NCBI GenBank assembly: GCA_048938105.1 | Contig: JBHLMN010000005.1 | Span: 207,036 to 239,035 of the forward strand | Direction of reading: 5' to 3' | From: Promethearchaeota archaeon | GTDB taxonomy: Archaea > Asgardarchaeota > Heimdallarchaeia > Hodarchaeales > Hodarchaeaceae | Length of the DNA stretch: 32,000 nucleotides | Part shown: positions 26,779 to 32,000 of the stretch, piece by piece | How positions within the stretch are numbered: position 1 is the first letter of the stretch | Layout: every line of letters begins with the position of its first letter | Notes under the pieces: model-generated | Told to the model about the DNA's origin: nothing | What the model saw: the letters and a program-made list of their open reading frames with translations, nothing else | Database searches by the model: none | Program-made: the position numbers and the translations under genes

Positions 26779-27193
26779 CTTGTTTTAACCTAATCCATTT
26801 CTGAATACTCGGATATGTGTTTGATAGCCAAATCCCTATAATAATGGTTAAAATGAGAATAAAATGATTTAAATGGCGATTATTGAAGAAACAAAACAAC
26901 TGGAAAAGATAATTTCTAATACTAGTTATTTAATCGTTTTCTTATAAAAAAATATATAATTAAGAATATATCTCATCTCAAATAACCTTTTAGAATCAAT
27001 ATACTCAACCAATCCTAGATGAGATTAAAAAAGAAATACATTAACAAGCATTCATCTTTTCTCCGTTAAATTAGTGATAACTTATGGGGCTGCCTTCGTG
27101 AGTTCTAAAAGAGTCAAATCTCGCTCTAATGAAATCTTAACCTTAGCTTATACTTTTAAAACTTATACAAAACGATTTAAGCGATCCTTCTAC

Positions 27194-28300
27194 ATGATTC
27201 TTGACCGAAAGAATCCTATACAGCTAAAACAATTCCCAGATGAATTTCTCAATGCATTTAATAATGTAAAAACCCCTGGAGTTGCGTTAAAACATTATTA
27301 TAAGTTAATTTTACTGTTATTCTTAGCTAGAAATGACTTCACCGATTTAAGTAAAAATGAAATCGATGTAATTTTCACGGAGGTTGGAGTTGAATTATCA
27401 ATAGATGTGTGGAAGAAATTAACAGGGCACCTAAGCAATAATTCTGACAATCTTATATACAAAATGAGGTTGGGGAAAGACACCAGATTATTATTTTCCT
27501 CTAATAAAGATTTAATTAAGATAATGGAGAGATTAATTTCAAATTCTCAATCTAGTGAACCTCCTCACGACTATTCATTAGCAATATTTAGTAAAACGGC
27601 TCCTAAGGATAAGAATAACGTTGATTATTGCTTAGATTTTTCTAACTATTTCAAAACAGGGATGCCTTCAGAGGATCAATGGTTAAGCATTGAGGATGAA
27701 ATAACGACAGCAATTGAAAATATCTATGAAACTCATTTTGACACAACCCTTCTATTAAAAGAATGTAAGCCTCATACTTCTCTTGCTTTCATTCTAGGCC
27801 ATTCGGTTAATTATTTTGAAAGTCTAAAGTTATTTATTTATCAGAACGGTCAATATTGGGAATACGAAAAGATAAATGAGAATATTTATGCCTCTAATCA
27901 CTGGACTCTTTCTACTAAATACAGAAAACCTGTAAATGAAGATGAAATAAACGTCATGATAAGTGTTAGTGACCCAATTATACGATATGTTGAAAAATAC
28001 CTTCAAAAAGATAAAGAAAAGACAAAATTCACAATTCACTTTTCAATCAAACCAGAACCACAAGTAAACAGTATTACTGATCAAAATGATGCGTTGAAGA
28101 AAATTGATGCTATTTACACATACCTTACACGGCTTAAAGCAAAAATCCCTTATATAAAGATTCACCTATTCTTATGGGCTCCTGTAGCTTTCATAGTATT
28201 ACTTGGAATGAGACTTGCCTCGGTAGCCCGGGTTCAATTATATGAGTTTGACCAAAAAGCAGGAAATTTTGTGCCTAGCATTTTACTAGATCGATATTAA
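27194..28300 (+). CDS. SAVED-like (tandem CARF-like, cyclic-oligonucleotide sensor) domain protein with uncharacterised helical N-terminal domain
   Basis: C-terminal half has two units with the hhhxxPxxhhhxhG...hxhY(E/Q) pattern: KPHTSLAFILGHSVNYFESLKLFIYQNGQYWEY and IHLFLWAPVAFIVLLGMRLASVARVQLYEFDQKAGNFVPSILL. The track ORF begins at GTG 27074; the first ATG (27194, MILDRKNP) is preferred. Confidence refers to the domain call; the CDS itself is about 0.85. Confidence 0.55.
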   Translation: MILDRKNPIQLKQFPDEFLNAFNNVKTPGVALKHYYKLILLLFLARNDFTDLSKNEIDVIFTEVGVELSIDVWKKLTGHLSNNSDNLIYKMRLGKDTRLLFSSNKDLIKIMERLISNSQSSEPPHDYSLAIFSKTAPKDKNNVDYCLDFSNYFKTGMPSEDQWLSIEDEITTAIENIYETHFDTTLLLKECKPHTSLAFILGHSVNYFESLKLFIYQNGQYWEYEKINENIYASNHWTLSTKYRKPVNEDEINVMISVSDPIIRYVEKYLQKDKEKTKFTIHFSIKPEPQVNSITDQNDALKKIDAIYTYLTRLKAKIPYIKIHLFLWAPVAFIVLLGMRLASVARVQLYEFDQKAGNFVPSILLDRY

Positions 28301-28611
28301 CCTTTATTTTTCAACAAATGCCATTAAAACACCGTTTGAATTCCTAAAGATGGTTAAATCTAATTTCTTGTATTTTTCGCACAATGTCGCACTTTCATGA
28401 ACTTGAAAGAATTAGCTTATTTTCTCTTGAAAAGTAATTTAATAAGTTTATTTTCCATTTAAGTTACTAATTTAATTTATTTTATAGTCTTAAAGTTGCA
28501 CTTATTTGCACTGCTTGTTTAAAACCATAAAATTTAAATACAATTCCGAAAAAGAATATCCTTGACCATAAATCAATGGTCAATATAAGTTTGACTACAA
28601 AGGTGAAAAGC

Positions 28612-28674
28612 ATGACAGAAAAAGAGAAGAAACCAAAAACTAAAAAACCCCGAGCTAAGAAAACAAAGAAATAA
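28612..28674 (+). CDS. polybasic micro-ORF (20 aa)
   Basis: MTEKEKKPKTKKPRAKKTKK*. AAAGGTGAAAAGC immediately precedes the ATG, the same SD block as the next micro-ORF. Confidence 0.25.
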   Translation: MTEKEKKPKTKKPRAKKTKK

Positions 28675-28720
28675 CTTGATAAAATCTTAGTAAAACAACT
28701 AATAGAAAAAGGTGAAAGAT

Positions 28721-28843
28721 ATGAAGAAAGCTCCAAAGAGGAAAGTTCCTCAGAAGAAACCAATCTATGAAGAAGAGGAAGAAGAGGAAGAAGAGGACTG
28801 GGAAGACGAAGACGACGAAGATTGGGATGATGAGGATAATTAA
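28721..28843 (+). CDS. bipartite charged micro-protein (40 aa): basic N-half, poly-acidic Trp-containing C-half
   Basis: MKKAPKRKVPQKKPIYEEEEEEEEEDWEDEDDEDWDDEDN*. AAAGGTGAAAGAT immediately precedes the ATG. A stem-loop follows 30 nt after the stop. Confidence 0.4.
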   Translation: MKKAPKRKVPQKKPIYEEEEEEEEEDWEDEDDEDWDDEDN

Positions 28844-28872
28844 CCTTTTACATTAAAATAGAATATAATACT

Positions 28873-28906
28873 AGGTGATTTTCCCTCTAATAAAGGGAAA
28901 TCACCT
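28873..28906. terminator. 13-14 bp imperfect hairpin between convergent genes
   Basis: AGGTGATTTTCCCT-ctaataa-AGGGAAATCACCT (one bulged T), followed by TTTAATT. It sits between the plus-strand micro-ORFs and the minus-strand tautomerase gene. Confidence 0.45.
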
Positions 28907-29085
28907 TTAATTCTCAAATAAAAGTTTTTTCAAGTCCCTCAATTATTTTTATAATATCATACTCTTTTTCTGGTAAGATCGAAGACATTATCTCTCCTAA
29001 TATCTCATCAAGACAATTAGAATTTATATTCACATTCAATCGCTATTGATAGTCCTATTTTCTATCGTTATTAATTCATTTTGAA

Positions 29086-29292
29086 TTAGATTGGTGGTTT
29101 TGAATCTTTTCGAGACTCAGTTGCGGGTTTTCCCTCAATACCCCAATGAGCTTTAGGGATTTCGTGAATAATGACTTCAACGGCATGAGAGGGAATTCCA
29201 ATTTTTACGAAGACATTCGTAATACCTTCAATTATTTCCTTAATTCTCTCTTCAGAGAATCCTTTCCAAATATGGACATGGATAATAGGCAC
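29086..29292 (-). CDS. 4-oxalocrotonate tautomerase family protein
   Basis: 68 aa. MPIIHVHIWKGFSEERIKEIIEGITNVFVKIGIPSHAVEVIIHEIPKAHWGIEGK: catalytic Pro-1 and the beta-alpha-beta layout typical of 4-OT. Confidence 0.85.
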   Translation of the reverse strand: MPIIHVHIWKGFSEERIKEIIEGITNVFVKIGIPSHAVEVIIHEIPKAHWGIEGKPATESRKDSKPPI

Positions 29293-29442
29293 ATTACATC
29301 ACCTCATCAAATTTGTTATTCGTTATTGATCTAAGATTCTTTTGTTTTTGCTTTATCTTTTTTGATTTCAATAATATTTAAGACTTTAGACCTTATCAGG
29401 AACAAAGAGACAAACAATGATTGAAAAATTATTTTTATTTGC

Positions 29443-29469
29443 CAACTTCGCAAAAGGCTGGATTAACAC
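29443..29469 (+). repeat. 27-nt conserved motif, copy C (CAACTTCGCAAAAGGCTGGATTAACAC)
   Basis: Read directly. It lies inside a 22-codon ORF (29417-29485, MIEKLFLFANFAKGWINTLKIL*), about 150 bp upstream of the minus-strand tautomerase start. Confidence 0.85.
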
Positions 29470-29943
29470 TTTAAAAATCTTATAACACTAAATTTTGTTG
29501 GTTACATCTAATACTGTTCCCTTCATTATGGACAAATATTCCTAACGGAATATCAATCAATAGATGTCAACCCCCAAATTTAATATGTAAAATGCCAGTA
29601 CTCCAATCCAACTTATATACGAAAAGACGGATAACCATTCAATGAAGGGAATAATTGCATCAACAAATAAGATCCCTAGAAAAAATCCCAGAGAATGAGT
29701 TTGATAGTTATTTTAGCACATTAAAAATCCCCTATTAACAATTCTTTTTTATAGACAAAGAATCTCTCTCTACAGTTAATTCTAGGCACAAAGAAATCAA
29801 GGAACTATTATTCAAATCGCATGAAAAACATAAAACAATGGTAGATATAATTAGAAATTCGACTCATCTGGCCATTTTTGGAGCATTTCCGATGGATTGA
29901 GAAAATAATGTAAGAATCCCCCAAATATACACAACAACATCAA

Positions 29944-30894
29944 TCAGATTGCCCAATTATCTGTTGCATTTTTATAATTAGGATCATCCCAATTATTTGT
30001 GGCAGGAAAATTGACATAAGAAGGAAAAGGCGGCCAATCCGATTTGGGATTGAAATCAGTTCGTATGATCTTTCCTTTGTTCCAAAAAGAATGAAACTCA
30101 TCTGAATAATAACCTGTAACAAACATTGATTCTCGCTCTAATGAAGGATAATAACTCTCTTTTTCACGGTCATCTTGATTAAACGCAACAAAACATAATG
30201 GCTTGATGAGCTGCCCCTCAATCTCTCCTGTTTGATAGGTTTGACGAGTATGCATAAGAGAAATCCCATAATCATCTACAATTGGTAATAATTCTTCAAT
30301 TATGTCAGGAAACACATGAAAACTCATAAGAACTATAATAATCCTTCCTCTTAATTCACCAATTGTTGGCCAAGTGCTTCCAGACACACCGTATTGTTCT
30401 AGATATTCTTCCTTGGTATAAAGCTTTTCCCGCCTTCTGGGCTGTTTTCTCAATTCAAGTGCGTTGGCTATTTGCTCATTAAATCGAATAAGGCCGTATC
30501 TTGTGTGAGGACGATTATTTCTACCTTGGAGATCCCTTTTTATATCCAAAAAAATAGTGATAGGTACATGATTTGGTTTGCTTTTTGACCAGTTATATAT
30601 TACTTCTAACCAATCTTGAAAATTATTATTCCGTGGATTGCCAGGAGCTTTATGATTTACTTCATGTCCAGGGGTCCAATGTCCGACCTTAAAGTTACCT
30701 TTACCACGAAAAAGTTTCAGAAGAGTTAAAAATCTCTTTATTCTCTCAAATAGCGTCCAACTATCATGAATGTCTAGCTCAAAGCCTCGGATTCCATAAT
30801 CAAGCTGACGTATTAATGACCACCGATAGGAATTATGGGTTGTCATAAAAATGCTTTTATTATAAGGTTGATTATCAGATATTCCATCAGTCAT
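29944..30894 (-). CDS. PLC-like phosphodiesterase (PI-PLC X-domain-like / PI-PLC-C1-type)
   Basis: N-terminal FMTTHNSYRWSLIRQLDYGIRGFELDIHD matches the THNSY...(L/Q)LD.G.R..ELD.H signature of PLC-like phosphodiesterases. No signal peptide seen. Confidence 0.6.
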   Translation of the reverse strand: MTDGISDNQPYNKSIFMTTHNSYRWSLIRQLDYGIRGFELDIHDSWTLFERIKRFLTLLKLFRGKGNFKVGHWTPGHEVNHKAPGNPRNNNFQDWLEVIYNWSKSKPNHVPITIFLDIKRDLQGRNNRPHTRYGLIRFNEQIANALELRKQPRRREKLYTKEEYLEQYGVSGSTWPTIGELRGRIIIVLMSFHVFPDIIEELLPIVDDYGISLMHTRQTYQTGEIEGQLIKPLCFVAFNQDDREKESYYPSLERESMFVTGYYSDEFHSFWNKGKIIRTDFNPKSDWPPFPSYVNFPATNNWDDPNYKNATDNWAI

Positions 30895-30997
30895 TAGTTT
30901 TCACCTTTAAATCTTAGGAATGGATGAAAGATAGATATAATACATTACATAGCACTTTATAATATCTTCGCTTATCTTATGAATAGACTTCTCCTTC

Positions 30998-31387
30998 TTA
31001 GCTGCCAACATAAGCAACAACATCAATTTGGATTAATATCCGATCATCTAAAAAATCAGTAATGAAAGTTGTTCGTACGGGAAAATCAGTTTTAAATTGG
31101 TTCCTGTAGATGCTAACCATCTTTCTGAAATCTTCTTTGTTCTTTATTAGAACTGTCGTTTTGATAACATCATCGAGAGATGCATCCGCATGAGCAAGAG
31201 ACTTTTTTAATTCTTTGAATGTATATTCTGTCTGGGATTCAATATCTGTAAGTAATTTCCCTTCTTCATCTACTATTGCACCATGATAACTCGTATAAAT
31301 GAAATTCCCTGCCTTAACATATGTACAATGGGTGAATCCAGTTTCTGGGTGTAAATTAACAAATTTTACTTCTCCTTTATCCGTCAT
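30998..31387 (-). CDS. ridA: RidA/YjgF/UK114-family protein
   Basis: 129 aa. ...AGNFIYTSYHGA...QTEYTFKELKKSLAHADASLDDVIKTTVLIKNKEDFRKMVSIYRNQF..FPVRTTF...LIQIDVVAYV fits the RidA fold pattern. Confidence 0.8.
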   Translation of the reverse strand: MTDKGEVKFVNLHPETGFTHCTYVKAGNFIYTSYHGAIVDEEGKLLTDIESQTEYTFKELKKSLAHADASLDDVIKTTVLIKNKEDFRKMVSIYRNQFKTDFPVRTTFITDFLDDRILIQIDVVAYVGS

Positions 31388-31473
31388 TTTTTGAATATCT
31401 CCTTCGTTTTTGATAGTATAACTATAATGTTGGTCATCACCTTGATAGAGCAGGTTTTATTAAACTAACGAAT

Positions 31474-31995
31474 TTATTTCATGATTACATCATTAAGTTC
31501 TTGAAGAAAGGAATCAAGAAATTGCTGCATCTCTGGTCTGGGTTGTGACTGAGTGATAGATGTCCCCAGTGGTTGAAATTGATATTTTTGTATTGATGTT
31601 TCTATAATAAGAAAGGGATAATATTCTGGCGTATGACCTAGCATATCCCATCGAATATTGGTGATTTGATACTTAGAAATAGTTTTAAAACGGTTGAATT
31701 TCCAGAACTCTCTTCCGACGTATATTTTATCATTCTTTACGATTATCACAAATCGAGAGAGAAGAATTACACAAACCAAGGTTGTAAATATAATCCCAAC
31801 TGTACTGACTCCTAAACCTAATGTAAAGGAAAAATTATGCTGAAAAGCTGAAATTAACTCTGTAATAAAGAAGAAAAAGAAGGCAATGACAATTATAGGA
31901 CTAACTATTCTTGGAACATAACTTTTGTTTATAGGAGAACTAACAACGATTTTCGTTTGACTTGAAGATTTCTTAGTTTCAAACGAGAACAACAT
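31474..31995 (-). CDS. hypothetical membrane protein (2 TM + soluble C-terminal domain)
   Basis: 173-aa track ORF. Two hydrophobic helices (IVSPIIVIAFFFFFITELI, VGIIFTTLVCVILLSRFVIIV), then a ~90-aa domain. No family recognised. Confidence 0.55.
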   Translation of the reverse strand: MLFSFETKKSSSQTKIVVSSPINKSYVPRIVSPIIVIAFFFFFITELISAFQHNFSFTLGLGVSTVGIIFTTLVCVILLSRFVIIVKNDKIYVGREFWKFNRFKTISKYQITNIRWDMLGHTPEYYPFLIIETSIQKYQFQPLGTSITQSQPRPEMQQFLDSFLQELNDVIMK

Positions 31996-32000
31996 GGGCC

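Noticed and set aside
28482-28763. 93-aa minus-strand track ORF (hydrophobic, TM-like)
   Set aside because: It starts at TTG with no SD, and its first ATG is at codon 50. Its F/L/S-rich hydrophobicity is what the antisense of poly-purine Lys/Glu codons produces. The plus strand carries two micro-ORFs, each with a well-spaced AAAGGTGAAA box.
29557-29712. Start-less 51-codon minus-strand frame with a convincing membrane-helix look (NNYQTHSLGFFLGILFVDAIIPFIEWLSVFSYISWIGVLAFYILNLGVDIY*)
   Set aside because: There is no ATG or GTG, only a late TTG, and a stop lies immediately upstream. It may be a gene relic, but it is too short to call without homology evidence.
1-32000. Looked for tRNA/rRNA genes, CRISPR repeats, IS elements/transposases, integrases and prophage genes
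   Set aside because: I found no GC-rich cloverleaf-like islands, no regularly spaced short repeats and no DDE/tyrosine-recombinase-like ORFs by eye. The terminal GGGCC at 31996-32000 is too short to interpret. A tRNAscan/Infernal run would be needed to be certain.

Overview
AT-rich window (about one third GC by eye) with unusually long non-coding gaps of 300-800 bp. The gene content points to an archaeon, most plausibly an Asgard (Loki-type) lineage. This is an inference from a Rab/Ras-like small GTPase, an HTH_10 (Bat-type) regulator, a non-pyrrolysine MttB-family methyltransferase, GGTGA-type Shine-Dalgarno boxes and TATA-like promoter boxes. I support about 24 substantial CDS. Left to right they are: a secreted HExxH metalloprotease, an EamA/DMT transporter, the HTH_10 regulator, the MttB homologue, a PAS histidine kinase divergent from the small GTPase, a SAM methyltransferase, a PAP2 phosphatase, MscL, a 926-aa SF2 helicase carrying a predicted transmembrane hairpin, a zinc-ribbon membrane protein, and a 1420-aa surface protein (DUF2341/LamG/BNR-like). 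A co-directional plus-strand block follows: micro-ORFs, a B12-binding radical SAM enzyme, small membrane proteins, an MFS transporter, a SAVED-like protein and two charged micro-ORFs. The window ends with a 4-OT tautomerase, a PLC-like phosphodiesterase, RidA and a membrane protein. I saw no rRNA, tRNA, CRISPR array, transposase or integrase. The best candidates for something new are: (1) an orphan SAVED-like sensor protein with no cyclase or known effector nearby, followed by two SD-preceded polybasic/polyacidic-Trp micro-ORFs; (2) a tandem 87-bp repeat encoding paralogous micro-ORFs just upstream of the radical SAM/MFS genes, which could be a peptide-modification cluster; (3) a 27-nt motif present three times in the same orientation that brackets the two accessory blocks; (4) a membrane-anchored SF2 helicase; (5) a repeated A-run plus GGTTGC-N4-GCAACC palindrome flanking the HTH regulator. 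All family assignments are from motif recognition by eye. No searches were run.
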